The notes under the pieces are model-generated. The model searched no databases and was not told the DNA's origin. It saw nothing but the letters and a program-made list of their open reading frames with translations. Positions 50,370 to 64,000 of a stretch of 64,000 bases of DNA are shown here, piece by piece. The stretch lies in contig CM022665.1 of the NCBI GenBank assembly GCA_012295275.1, positions 34,720,001-34,784,000 on the forward strand. The letters run 5' to 3'. Made by a program: the position numbers and the translations under genes. Positions within the stretch are counted from its first letter, which is position 1, and every line of letters begins with the position of its first letter. The stretch is from Chrysomallon squamiferum (taxonomy: Eukaryota; Animalia; Mollusca).

Positions 50370-53300
50370 TGAACAAATTAATGCTATTAGATAAGTAAAA
50401 AAGTGTATTGATTTTCTATGCCTGTAATGGAAGGGATACTGAACAATGTTTGTTTTGTAAAGGGACACAATTAGAATATTTAAATATTTAAAAACACAAC
50501 CAAACATAAATAAATAGACACACATGTACATCACCCCCAACACACACACACACACACACACTCAAATACACACCTATCTACTAACCCAACACTAAATATG
50601 TGTGTGTGTTTAAACACAATCATATTATTTGAATGGAATATTTAAAAAAAATTATCACCATTTTGTTTGAACAAAACAACTACATCCACTTATGAATTCT
50701 TTGTTTAGACTGACTGACACTATTTCATATATCATTTGACTTATAGTATGAATGACAATACTGGTCTATCAGAACGACTATCTTAATGTAACTGGTTAGC
50801 ACACACACACATGATGTATAAGTAGGTTATCTCACACACACTGGTAGATACAGTGTATACAGTTAACAGTAATAAATTACTAAGGTATAGCAGTGTCAAA
50901 CATGAATGATTTCCGACACATGTAAGGAAATCCACCAATCATGACTAAAACATTTGGCACTAGGGCAAAAAGAAAAAACATTAACCCTGCTTATTTTCAC
51001 TCAGAGATCTTTGAGTCAGTGCTTAGAAGTTAATGAAGCAGATGTTTTTTTGTTTTTTTTAAAACATATATTTCAGTATAAAATAATAATAATATTATAT
51101 ATAAAAAAAAAAATTAAATTAAAACATCCTTGCAACATTAGTCCTTTTTATAATGCTTTAATTGTATGAAAAAACACATCATCAGAATTAATAAATTCAT
51201 AAGCAAAACCACATTTTTGTTCTGTGTGTTGTTCTTTGTTTCTGATTTTTTAAAAGGATATTTAAGTAAAACTGAAAACTAATGAATAAGGACAAAATTC
51301 AATAGTTTACATTTCTAATTTAAATTAAAAAATACTAAAACTAAATATTAATCAGTATTAAAAATATTTTTGTTTTTAAATTGCATTACTTATAAGAAAG
51401 AAAACACTATATGATTTATCAGAAACCAATATTTAGTGTTTCACGAGTATTATATTTTTTTTTGTATAACAATAAAATAAATTTTCCTGTATATGAGAAT
51501 GTACATATTAAATTAAAAAATATCTAGCTGAAATGGCAACAGCATTTGAAATTAGCTTTATAAAAAATAAGGTGTAATTTGACACAGTTATTAATAACAA
51601 AATGTGCTGAGCCTATCAATAATTCCTTAACACAAGCACACACACAGCGAGATACATGCACTTATGTATTTCAGTTAAATCTGTTACTTGATTATTAATA
51701 TCAAAGCACAAACATTATTCATATAGTTATTCATTCAGTTTAGTATTCATCCCTTCTTGTATTCACCCAGATTTAGATAATGGTTTAAATAAGGTCATTT
51801 AATCTAACGTGAAAGAAATAAGAATAAATCATTTATTTTTACAGCAAAACTTAATGAGTTTTTTCTTTTTATCTTTTCACAATAAAGACATAAGAATCAG
51901 TTAGTACATTAATGTTATATTCCATTAAAGATAGTATTAATTTTCTTCTTATGTTATGTGTACCTTGAAATAAGGTATTTTTAATGAGGTCAGTATCATT
52001 TCCATTAAAATAAGCCCATTAACAGATACGAAACATATAAAGCAATAATGAAATGTAAATGAATCAAAAGATTTATGATGTACATTGTCACCGAAATTCT
52101 AGAATTCACTGTTATTCTGACTTTTTCTTTGCATAATTTTCAGCTTTTAACATATATTTTTCAATTATTCAAGGTATTATTTATTTATTTATATATTTTT
52201 AAATTAACGTTTGTATAGATTAATTAAATTAGAGAGATCTATATGTATTTGAAATCACAGAATGTCAACATATCTGCCTGGATATGTCACAAAAAGATCA
52301 GTTTATCTATCTTTAAAATGAAATAACTTCATTTCAAGTTACCAAGTCAAAATACAGATCTTAATCATTTTAAGTCTGCTCACACAACACACACATCTAC
52401 AAACTAACAACTCAGTGGCAAAGACATTTGTAATACAAACAAATTCACACACATACACAACATAAACAAACCCATATACAACATAAACATACATAAAAAC
52501 ACTCACTATAACTGTTTTTCAAATATTATGTCCAAGCCCCTGCTTAATGTAGCTTTCATATAATTAAAATCTAAAATTAGTTTTTTCTCCCACTGTTCCT
52601 AATGCATTTGCTAAGCTAATCTGACAGATTTACAAAGTATTACTTCACAGCTGCTAAGACACAAACTGTGTGCTTGTAAAGAAAAGAGCTCAGAAGTGAT
52701 ATTATTATGAGACATTTCAAATTTGTGCTAAGATCATTGTAACAGTTATGTGACATTGTGGAAGAAAAATCAAAATAATGGAAAGATATAAAATAAACAT
52801 GTGTATGGAGAAAAAAATATAATGGAAAGATGTTCTGAGTTTCTTAAAGTAAATGCATGTAATATTATTTTTGTAATTATTTTAAGGCAACAGTGACAAA
52901 GTGAGTTTTTGATATATATTTGTGTTATTGTATGTCTCTGTGCATGGGTGTGTGTACGGTTGTAGGAAAGAAAGAAATGGAAAGAAAGAAACACTACATT
53001 TTTACTCAAATTCCTATTTTAAATGTGTTAAAGGTATTAAAAATTATTTTGTGCCAAACTAATATTTTTAATGCTTCTTAAATATTCTATCATAAATATG
53101 CTCTTTCACCCATTAATTATCATTCTGCAACTGATAATCCATATGTTTCACCATAAACACTATGTCAGTCTATATGTCTACATCTCTCTAACATAAGACA
53201 GTTTCCTAATTAACTTACCCAATTGAGTTTTAAGTTTTTAATTGTCACTGAGTCCTTGACCTATTCAATGGGTTCTTTAAATGTCTCAATTATCATTTTC

Positions 53301-56225
53301 TTTAAGAAGCCATTTAAAAAGCCATTCTCTACCTAACCCATTCAAAGGATAATCCCTTATCTTTATGTCCTCAGATATATCCCTTTATCTTATCCTAAAA
53401 TTGGCTTCCCAGATGGCTTCCAACTTAATTACCCATGATATCAACATAAAAGATTGAGGGAGCACCATTCCTCAGAATCATTAGTGCCATCATTAGAATA
53501 AATATCACAAACATATGAATAAAATTATTATGGAGGTCATCAAGAGTCAGAAAGGTGGATCAAAAAGTTGTGCATGAGGCCACTGTAATGACGGCCACCG
53601 AACGAAAAAGATTTGTGAAGGGTGGAACAATAAGTTTTTTCAGCACGTTTGGCCATCATCATCCTTCTGACTGGAAAGTTATCTAGTGGTTCCAGCATGA
53701 CGAATCCTCTGTACACACTGTTCTTCAACAGGATGCAGTTGGCACCCACCGAAGAAGCGCAAGAACAAGTGCCATATTTGCCTCCAGAGGAGACTCAAAT
53801 TCTTGTGCCAGGACCGTGTCAATAGTTCCAAGTCCATTCCTGAGTTTTTGGCTGGAGTCGGACACAACATTCATACTACCAAGTACTTATGAGAATAAAT
53901 TCGTTGTGAATAAAACTGTTTCTTTCTTTCCGTTTCTTTTTTTTCCTAGCCAAAATTGTTTCTTTCTTTCTGTTTACCTGTGTGTACACCTGTCTAAGTA
54001 CATGACTGACTGCTTGTGTATGTGCAGACAACTGTAACATTGTTTATAGTTTTATCTATCATATCTTACAGCTACTTCATATTATAATATTTTTTACTGG
54101 TAATGTTTTTCCTGACTGTTAATGTTGTCAGACTCTGGCTAATCTACAAAGTCAGTTTTCTGAAAATATTGTTTTACACCAAGCATTACAATATATGTGA
54201 TAACAATGTTTTAATGAATGTTTATACACAAACAGAAGAGTCAGGTCTATTCCAATACTAACAAACATGCCAGAATATAGCATGTAATCTCTAGACAGCG
54301 AAAACCTGCTGAAAAACAGTAAACCAAAATTAGACTCAAATTAGCGATTTCACAAAGCTAAATAAGAAATTTAAGACTGCTTTCATAAATTAGCATTGGA
54401 AATAATAGCATGGTAACTAGAGAGCATGTTTGGCCCTACTAGTACAGTATTATTCTCTTTATTACCAAGATGGATGTTGCCACCTAAAGCCAAAACATTT
54501 CATCATTGTAGAAGAAACTCAGGCACTTTACAGGCCCAGCAAAAATGTGATATGATGTTATCAAATGTAATACAATTATTGTGACCACTAAAGATGCTCT
54601 AGTGATTAAATGGATATTTCAGTAATTAAGTTTTAATCACTATGAATGATGTTACATCCTGTACAAAATAAACTTTAAATAATTTCCATTAGCATATAAA
54701 AAAAACAAAGATATTTTTTCTAGTAAGAAAAAATATAACAACATTCTGTTAGAGTTCAATGAATTGATATCTGAAAATGCACCAGAACAATGAAAACATT
54801 GGCCACTGAGGATGCAAACTATGTTAAGTATTAAGAGGCATGATTATGGTCCTATACAATCCATAATGATATGTAGTATACACTGGGATTATATATCTTA
54901 TAACTCCAATCTAGCAAAGGGGATGCAATAAAATTTTAACTTACTTTTTATACTAACAATGAATAAAATAAGAGAACCAGAATTCAAATTTATGTCTTCA
55001 TGACTGGGATATATAAATCTTAATTGCATAAAAAATAATAGATATATTTCTAATGACCGACCAACTGAATGTGAATTTTACAGATTAATAAAATGGCCCA
55101 TAGCAAAATGTTATTTTTTTTATTTATTTTTTTTAGATTTTAGAGAAAATTGCATCATTACTGTTTCCTTAAGATATTTTTACAAGTAAGGGTTTGATAC
55201 ATAACTTATTAAATATTTGGTCATGCTTACAAAACTGTAGCTTACAGTTAGGACAAACAGTTAAGCCTTAGGCTTTAATACTGCATAAACTGAATTATGC
55301 AGAGAATCTTGTATTTTAAAAATATAAAAAATGCAGGTATGGAAAAAAAATATAATTTGCAAAAGATAGATCCCTATTTGAAAACAAAATGACTAAGAAA
55401 ACATTTAAATTTTAATAATTTAAATATAATAATAATAATAATAAATTAATAAATGATAATAATTTTTAAAATGAAGAGAAAATGCTTAAGGACTTCATGT
55501 GTGAAAGATATGTTTACTATAAGTTTTTTCAGAATTTTGTGTTACTTTCAAGATTTACTCACATCTCAGTGTACATACAGTTATTGTATTTCAAGATTAT
55601 CTGGCATATGCAAGCCTCAGAGGCCAACTTCCAAATGTAAAGAGGTGATGATAAGGAATCTTTTATTGTTGTAACAATTCTATTCATCCAATCTTTCTAG
55701 CAAAAACACACATGTTTGAAATATGTCCTAAAGAGACCCATCTTTTATAGTGAAAGAATTTTAACATTGCAGTGCTAAATTATAGTATTTGAGCCATTTT
55801 AAAATAAACAGCTTAAAATCGTGGCTTTAAAATCAAGTGCTAAACGTTAGTTTGGGCCAAAATAAAAAAATAAAAATTACGAAAAGAAACTACATGGATA
55901 ACAATGATGATTATGGTAATAATAATAAGTAGAAGAAGAAGAATGATGATCAGTTGTTGAAAGGTTTAACTTGTGTCAGCTGTTTTACACAAACTAACTG
56001 CATATACATAATTAGATAACAGGCTTGTATAAACTAATATTATCTAGTATTAGTAACACCATCAAATAAACCTGGTATCATAACAAAATTTCAAATTAAC
56101 ATTAACAATTAACTGCAGTATTGTTAATTTAATTTGGGAATAGAAAATAAGATATTTAACACTTACCCCAGAAAAATGTTGTTCCATTGTTCTGTTCCCA
56201 CCAATTCTACTGCAGTCTGAATTAT
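29522..56225 (-). CDS. ARHGEF33: Rho guanine nucleotide exchange factor, ARHGEF33-like (N-terminal coiled coil, DH domain, long disordered C-terminus); ~1202 aa from ATG 56187, may extend further 5'
   Basis: Exons (minus): 56225-56167, 45684-45553, 44338-44255, 43659-43514, 42916-42804, 42407-42262, 41901-41802, 41062-40794, 40555-40448, 39770-39690, 39284-39151, 38776-38639, 38193-36511, 33992-33936, 29918-29522. All GT-AG with compatible phases. DH motifs: RQEAVQAIIDSEKEYVGKL and LLTAPIRRIPRYSLLLQQLLKHTPTVHPDH. The N-terminus HELKQGFVDVMEALS resembles ARHGEF33 as recalled. The 56 kb exon is the least certain. Confidence 0.85.
30101..32866 (-). mobile_element. Internally deleted Sola-type (probably Sola2) DNA transposon in the last RhoGEF intron
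   Basis: TTAA flanks both ends (30097-30100, 32867-32870). Termini GGGTCATTCCATGTCAAATCACCC / GGGTGATTTGACACGGAATGACCC. Long TIRs (~30101-30720 vs ~32420-32866, right arm with an internal deletion). Frameshifted minus-strand transposase N-terminus at ~31500-30772 (ICSHHE..CCDPL..H..PGDKLCxxC; QILILSP..IQFYESDENSRICQGMKDTVSI). No catalytic domain seen. Family assignment is from memory. Confidence 0.8.
34698..35558. mobile_element. Same MITE family, opposite orientation, in a RhoGEF intron
   Basis: TA TSDs (34696-34697, 35559-35560); TIR CCGTATATACTTGTGTATAAGTCGA; reverse-complement homology to 19246-20036 apart from a different central segment. Confidence 0.88.
36511..38193 (-). CDS. ARHGEF33: Large 1683-nt internal exon of the RhoGEF gene (Ser/Asn/Asp-rich disordered region)
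   Basis: Corresponds to the 559-aa ORF in the track; acceptor tttcag before 38193, donor gtaagt at 36510, phase 2-2. Confidence 0.9.
39954..40261 (+). repeat. Intronic inverted duplicate of 42299-42570 (RhoGEF acceptor plus most of exon 42262-42407)
   Basis: 40071-40217 is the exact reverse complement of 42350-42496 (147 bp); flanks are homologous with mismatches and indels. Confidence 0.92.
45893..46140. repeat. Degenerate minisatellite (~55-65 bp unit)
   Basis: Recurrent CTA(C/T)TAG(C/T)AAAA near 45893, 45957, 46011 and 46118, with shared CTTCCTTCA..AACT..CCAAGACA blocks. Confidence 0.5.
48727..48868. repeat. Direct repeat of ~46 bp, two copies
   Basis: TGAAATAACCTAGTACACCTAACACAACAGACCA(G/T)ATCCATTTTAC at ~48727 and ~48823. 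Confidence 0.75.
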
Positions 56226-58579
56226 CTGAAAATATTAAAATAACAAAATAAATTTTAAATCAAATTTGTTTCTGTATAATATTTATTCCCCCAATAACAA
56301 CAGGAAGAGAAATAATTAAAACATTAATCACTATAATGAAGATAAAACAACAAAACTGTTTATGAACTGTAATAATAATAAAAATAACAACAAAAATCAA
56401 AACAGAAACAATGCCAATATCAATAACAAAAATAAATAAATAAATAAATAAATAGTAACTCTTTTTACAGAAGGAAAACCTGAAAAAAAAGAAAAAATGT
56501 ATCTACGTTAATTATATTCCAATTAATTTCAGTTCATTCTAAGATAACTGTAATTACTGGTGTATTAAAATCCGGAGAACACAGTGTACTGTATCAATTA
56601 AAAATAGGATACAAGCACTTTTAAAAATGAATTAATTAAACTAATTAATATTCAGATTTCAGTTAACATTTAGTGGGACAAACCTCTTGTGCAGCAAGCC
56701 AGGTTTCTTATTCTATACATGTAGTTGTACCTGTGTATGTTGTGTTCCACGTTACAGGTGCATTCACAGGTTTTAAAAGCAAGCCAAGTGCTTGTCTTAG
56801 GTTACATACACTTACAGTGTGCAATATCTACTGTATGATAGTAGTACAATACTCACGGAATGAGAATAGTGCAATACTTGACATATATGCTAAATATCTC
56901 TGTCAACACCACACTTTGTACTTTTGAACCACAAAGAAGATTTCCCAGAAAGAATTATCCCAGTGTGGATTCAGTGTGAAGAAAAACAAGCTTGGTGATA
57001 TGTATAATCTCACCTAATCTATGTATATAATAAAACACACCTGGTGTATGCAACAATTAATTATACTGTAATATATATATATAGATTCTTTATTTGTTCT
57101 TAAGTTACACATTAATGTTACAGATCAGTCTGTTTTCTTTATTGTTGCTGGTTAAAACAGTGATATGATTATCATAGGAAGAGGTTTAGTTTTTAAACTT
57201 GTAATTAGCTCTTATTGAAATAACAGTGTTAGTTTGACTAACAAGGTTTTAATCTCAGAAAATGATTAAGCAGATTAGCTATTTCACCTAATGAAGCATT
57301 TAATATGGGGAGAGTAATTAAATGTAGCAAATCAAAACACTGATAAAACTTCTAAATTACTGTACATATTATACACTGTATATTTTTGTAGAGCTCTGAG
57401 AATAATTCTGTTTAAATCTTATTTATTTTTATATCTATATACTCTTTATTACTATTATTATTATTTTATTTATGGGTTATTTAAATTAACTTTTTATTTC
57501 TTTAATTGATATATTATTTATTTATTAAATTTTTTTTTTAAAGAAAAATAGAATGCATTGTTTTGCCAATAAGTGTCAACAGTAATTTCATGCAGGCATA
57601 TTACATTAATAAATGAGGACAAATGGGCTTTTACAAAAATCTTATCTGTAAACCAACAAATTGTGGAATCTAGTTCAAACACTTAACTGCCACTGCAAAA
57701 TTTCACAAATACATGTAACTAAATAATGATTTATTTCATAGTAAGTATATGTAAAAGATTTTTTAAAAATAATATTAACAATAACAATAGTATAAATACT
57801 AATAGAAATAGAGACAGAAGTGGTAAATGTAGTAGAATCAATAATAGTAATAGTAATAAAATATTGTAGTAGTTGTAGTAGTAGTGATAGAAGTAGTAAT
57901 AGTAATAGATTCAGTAATAGTAATAAAATACTGTAGTAGTAGTGGTGGTGGTGGTGGTGATATAGTGTTACTAAGAGTAGCACTAGTAGTAGTAGGAACA
58001 TCAAATATATGTGCTGATAAAATACTTTACGATAATATGGAAATTATTATATAGCAAAGCATTAATTTTCAAACATTATTTTGGTCATAATCCTTATTAA
58101 TATGGAAAATGGTATTCATGAATTTTATTTTCAGTACTGAAAAAAAAGAAAAAAGGTGTGGCTGATTTTTTTATAAAAAGATATCTTTCCTTTTAACATC
58201 CTAACATATTTATGACTTGAAAAACATAATATTGTACTCCAGACTCAAAAATATGTCATTAATCAAATTCTGACATTATGTACTATTTTAAATATCAAAA
58301 TAGGTTAAAACATGTAATAAACTATTTAGCTGAGACCATTAATATTTAAAACATAATATAATATTGCTGTAGCAGATTAATACAAGAAATAAATAGCATA
58401 AACATAATGTAATGTTGAAGTAATTTGTTATAATGAATTATTTTGAACAGATTTAATAAATTAAACACTGAATAATATCTAGTAAGAAATGATATAATAT
58501 TGTATCAAGTAATAAAATTTTATTTGTTTGTAACAAGGACTCATTTTCCTTTTTCAAACCAAACGGCATCTGCCTAATA

Positions 58580-58629
<50 letters not shown>
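58580..58629. repeat. (AAT)n microsatellite
   Basis: Direct reading. Confidence 0.9.
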
Positions 58630-58631
<2 letters not shown>

Positions 58632-61600
58632 CAAACAGTATTAGCAGTCGCAATAGCAGTAGGAGTGGTTTTTGTAGTAGTAGTAGTAAGAGTAATAATA
58701 ATAATTTAAATAATTACTGATGTACATAGCTGTTAATGCAGTGATGTGAACACCAAATTTAGACGGTGGTTCTCGTTGGCTGTGAAAATATTACATAACT
58801 TGTAAATGTTTAAAGGAATGTGATAAACATGAACAAGTATTTAAATGTACACATCACACACCCAGTCAGCTTAATCTGTCTAATAAATAAACACAGCAAA
58901 CTGATCACCTCTTCATAAAATCAATAGTGAAAATTTAAAACACAAGACATATTCACAAATACACAGACTGATAGACACAAAAATACACACACACACACAG
59001 ATACAAGCAAGCGCACATGCACGCATGCACACACACACACACACACTGCAGCTAATATTAAAGGTGAGGCCAGACATTTTTTATTTTTTGTTGAAGTAAA
59101 TTTTAAGAAAATGTATCACAAGTAAACAAGACAAGACTACAGTAATGTAAATATGTAAGCTCTGTCAGACTATTGTGTCAATATGATAACAGAAGCAGAG
59201 GGTCAAGAAACAACACATAAAAGGAGAAAACATGTCCAGATATGCATCCACGAGGCAGGGTGTAAAAGCTGTGTGCCCCTATTTTTGCTGTCTGATCTCA
59301 CTTTCTCTCACACACACTTTATATATATATTTACTATTATTATTAGTTTTGTGAAATAACAAAACTTGTTTAGGCACTGAACTAATACTGCTCCATTTCC
59401 AGAAATCTATGATTCAACCCAGACATCATTAAATAATTTAAGATGTAACATTAATTATGTATTATGTATTTAACATAAAATATCAGTTATGGGTTACAGT
59501 GTTCAAGAAGTCATTTCAAGTCTGGGTTAAGGCTTTGCAACAAACACTGAAAAAAAAAAAAAAAAATGGTAAATAACACCAAATGTTTAAAATGTCTTTA
59601 TGATGTTATGAAACGTTTAGCATGTCTGTATGTTTAGTTAAGTGTTTGTAAACATGACTGTTTTAATATTAACAACTTCCCGCCAGACAGTACCAGATGT
59701 ATCATACACGTATATGAAGCTGCTGTAGAATATGAATATATGTATGTGGATATTTGTATGCATATGCACACAACAAATACATTCTCTCATACACACATTT
59801 TCAGAATATAATAACCTGAGACGAGAACATTTAAAAAAAATATTAAACAGTGTAGAAAATACAAAAACATAATAATGTGCTAATAATGAACCAGTGTATT
59901 TAAATGTATACTGGCTTACACTCATGGTGCATTTCAACTATATACCTTCACTGTTAATTTTTATTAAATGAAAACTCAGTTCTCAGAATTATTATATACA
60001 AAACTGTCTTGTCTTTATTGCTGTACAATATATTAGCTCAAATGTGAAATACTGCAACATCTTTGATATCATACTTTGTAAGCATTGGTGCTATTACCAT
60101 TTTGTACCTAATTGCAAACAGAACTTACCAAAATTCTGCACTAAGTTCTCAGATTACTTTGTACAACTATGCACTGTTGTCTGTAGAATACTAGCACTAA
60201 TTTTCACTAGTGAATGCTTCAAATGTACTCATTTGTATCATAATGTCACAACTATTCAGCTATGCCTCTAACTTAATTGGTAAATTGAAGCTCAGAAAGT
60301 ACTTAATCATAAGGAAGAATGTTCCTCTGTTCAATTATACCACTAATGCTTGTTACATGAGAACTCAAAGAGATATTTTTTCATCATGCTACATCTTATA
60401 ATGAATACGCAGCAAGGAAAAACCACAGCATTTCTTACCTTACAAGTATAACACATAAAATGTACAGCTGCTGAGCTATATTATGTCAGTTTGTTTGTAC
60501 ATGATTATTGTAATAACAAAGTGAAAAAGACAGTTTGAGAAAATGTTTATCTCGCCTTAATAAATGCTTGTCATATAGTTAACACTGTGTCTATAAAGCA
60601 GCTCTCACTAATGAATTATGCATTTAAGTCTTCAAAAGCATTTGTTATATTACTGGTTTCTGTATCTTCCATCTTTTTCACTGAAATTGTTTTCACAGTT
60701 AATTTCATGGTATCCCTGTTGGCACCCAAGACAAACTCACCTAACTTGCTTGACTTGAAGCACTGACAATGATAACAGAATAACAAAATCAAACAAAGAA
60801 TAATAATTATTACTGTTATTTCACAGGCAATGCTGAACAAAATAAGAGTTATTCAACTTAATACCTTACATCAATACTGATAAAAAAGATCAATTGGTTA
60901 CCTGCTTTTAGCTCAGAGGTTACAGAACTAGCCTGAGGCATGATAGGATAAAGGATCAATTCCAGTGCTACAGTGTTACAAATATGTTTATTAATGTCTA
61001 TCGGAAGGTATAAATTAAACATATCTTGCTGCATATTGATAAGAATAATAAATGGAATGATGGCAGCTGGATTTCTCTTTCATAATATATTCATTTAAAA
61101 ATAAACATAAATTAAATAAATTAATTAAAAACAACAACAGCAGCAGCAGCAAGAATGCATATATTAAACACATATAACCAGTATTTACAAAACAGAAACA
61201 AACAGAATAGAAGGACTCTCACTCATATACTTTCATCTGCTCATGTTCTGTAACTTTATCGTCCAAACTCACTCTCTCTCTCAATTTATATATTCTAAAA
61301 AGCACATTCACAATAACAGACAGAATATTATATAATAGTTGTGTTAACATGTGGTGTAACATATATAATACAAACATGCACAATTAATATTTAGTAGTCA
61401 ACACACAAAAGAAAGCTTGCTGAAATAACCATATAACAAACAATTATGTAACACAAGTTCTGACTGATAAGTAGGTTTCCCAACTATATTAATCAGTCTA
61501 GTTACTAAGTCATACTCCCTTTATGAACAAGTGCAAATTTGTGTGTTGTGTCCTTGTATATATTATAATAATAACGAAATAAATAAATCTTGTTGATATT

Positions 61601-64000
61601 TTTTAATTTTCTAAACTGAAATTTAAGAACTGAGAAAAGCTAAGTTAAAATATTCATATATGTATTTACTAAATCACTTAACAAAAACTGCTCAAATAAA
61701 CTCATTTTTATTCATTCCGAAATAAATTCAATACTTATTCCGCCCCATAAATCATTACACTTATCATTAAAGATGCAATAAAATATATATATATATTCAA
61801 AATTAAACATGTGAATAAATGGTAAGGTGATTCAACTCAAAAGTATAACTTCAAAGTAAATTCATCTTAAATATAAGACTATAACAGTCTAGTTTTCTCT
61901 GACATTGGGTATAATAAAGTGCTTTTATATTTCATCTAAGAAAAATAAACAAACCTACAGTTCAATACATAATTTGGTAGTGTAAAAACAACCTGACTTG
62001 CAGTAGGGTAATATAAACTTACAGCAGTATCACTGTGGTTGGCTGTAGGTGACTTTCATGTTTTTATGTGACAGCATGACACTAATATAATGGTTGGTAA
62101 AGCATTAAAAATAAATATTAAAATGAAAAAAGTTAGCTCAAAATAACTGATGCTGTAGGACATAAAGCTACTAACGAGTTTTTAACGGTATCAGAAGATT
62201 AAATAAAAAATAAAAAAATCTAGAAAACAATGGAATGAACACACACACACACATGCACTTAGGTATTCTGTAATTCATCTATCTATTTTGTCTAGAGTAA
62301 AATAAGTAATTAATTAATTATTGTGCTAAATATTCAATACTTTATTAAGTCTGTAAAAATTACTGATATGTCATTAAGTGAAAGTTGGGAAATAATGAGT
62401 AAATGAAATACATTTTTGAGCATCAGTGAGTAAAAACAAAAAGTAAAATAAAGTTAAAAATACAATTATTAATATTAAATAAAATACAAATACAAGTTAT
62501 AATATTAAATAAAATAAACTTAAATATACAATTAATAATTAATAATAAATAAAATGTTAAAGCAACAAAAATCTTTTATTTATGTCATTTATAAAACAAT
62601 CTTTCTTTGCTATTTTTATTACAATATCTGACCTCTCGTAGTACAAATATTTTGCAAATACTGGCATTTGTGAATAATAATTATTAAATTCTCAACATTT
62701 CAGATTTTCAGATTATATCAGCATTTCCAAGTAACACAAATCTTGGATTTCTGAAAACCAAATATATTTTTAATTATTAATAGACTCTTTAATGTTTCTA
62801 AATTTTGATCTGTAACAAGCAAATGTAGCATTTTTAATTTTTAATAGGTATCTTTAATTATTTAATATGTATCGTTAAACATTATACATTGTTAGTATTT
62901 TCAGTTTCTTCAGGCAAAATAGGTTTCCTTAGAAACATAAAATTTTCTCCATTTAAAACATATTGCTAAGTTTCATGCATAGAAGATAGAATCTGCTGCT
63001 GGTGATTCATTCAGAAATTATCTCATTATATTGAACTGAATTCCATCGGCTACAGAAAATATGAAACACATGTTGTATCTTTCATGATCCATATCATGCA
63101 TATCAATATATGAGTCATAATAACAATATGGAAACTGTCAGGAAGTGATGTACTTGTTCAAACTATAAAACAGTTACCAAAATATGAAACTAATGAAACA
63201 AAACAATTATCAAAGTATTAATCTACATCGTAACATGACAACCGTTAAAATACTAAATTAGTGTATATATTTTGGATAAGAAAATATTTTATCTGTATAA
63301 AGTGAAAGACAAAACAAAATAATGAAATTAAAATAAATTTAAAATAATAATAATAATAATAATAAATTGCTAAAAATACCTGAATAATGATAAAAAGTGA
63401 AAATGAGACAAATAAAATACTACGTAGGAAAGATCAACAAACATGTGTCAACAGTAAGTTTATTAAAAAGATAAATTATGACTGCTTTATGTAAATTTAA
63501 ATAAATTTTGCTGTATTCTTAGTTTTTAAGACAGTAAAATAAATCTGTTGACTAAATTTATTACACAATAATTTTATTTTTAAACAAACTAAAAAACCTC
63601 AATTAAAGTACATGGTATACACACAGAATGCATACATGTTTATATATACATACATTAATAAAATAAAAACCCTTTAAAAAAACAATAATTTAAAACAAAA
63701 AGAAATGCAGAACAACTTACAATATAAATGTGAACATTTTTGTCCAAGCATAGAACAAAAAACAACAATATGTGCTGTGAAAGGATAAATGAAAACTGAA
63801 GAATAAGTACACATTAATTGTGAAACAAAACTCAGGTGACAAAACTTCCAATATATGACATCCTCACTCAAGTAAAGACAAGAGAGAGTGGGGTAAACAA
63901 GCACAGAAGAATCAGGACAATACTGATCACTTCTTTAACACACTGTTTAAATTCCTCTGTAGAATGTGAGAAATTTGCTTCCACCAAGCCATATATTTTC

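Noticed and set aside
57675-58653. Poly-Leu/His/Tyr ORFs (similar ones at 7090, 7854, 8316, 50298)
   Set aside because: Translations of AAT/TAG/CA microsatellites.

Overview
AT-rich eukaryotic (invertebrate, probably lophotrochozoan) genomic DNA with spliced genes. Most ORFs in the supplied track are spurious. Manual exon assembly gives four gene models. (1-2) Two tandem minus-strand selenoprotein W (SelW) genes, each with an in-frame TGA selenocysteine codon in a CxxU motif, a GC-AG intron and a 3'UTR SECIS element. They lie in a ~9.8 kb-period segmental duplication that probably continues left of the window. (3) An 11-exon plus-strand kelch-repeat gene (546 aa) whose ATG is 185 bp from a SelW first coding exon, head to head. 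This head-to-head cassette occurs three times: the SelW half is intact each time (one variant gives CCxxU), while the kelch half is disrupted in the two extra copies. (4) A minus-strand ARHGEF33-like RhoGEF (coiled coil plus DH domain, no PH seen, ~1200 aa) of at least 15 exons. One of its introns holds an inverted copy of one of its own splice acceptors and exon start, with a 147-bp perfect core. Mobile elements are a deleted Sola-type DNA transposon (long TIRs, TTAA TSD) and two Tc1/mariner-superfamily MITEs. All models were read by eye and are untested.
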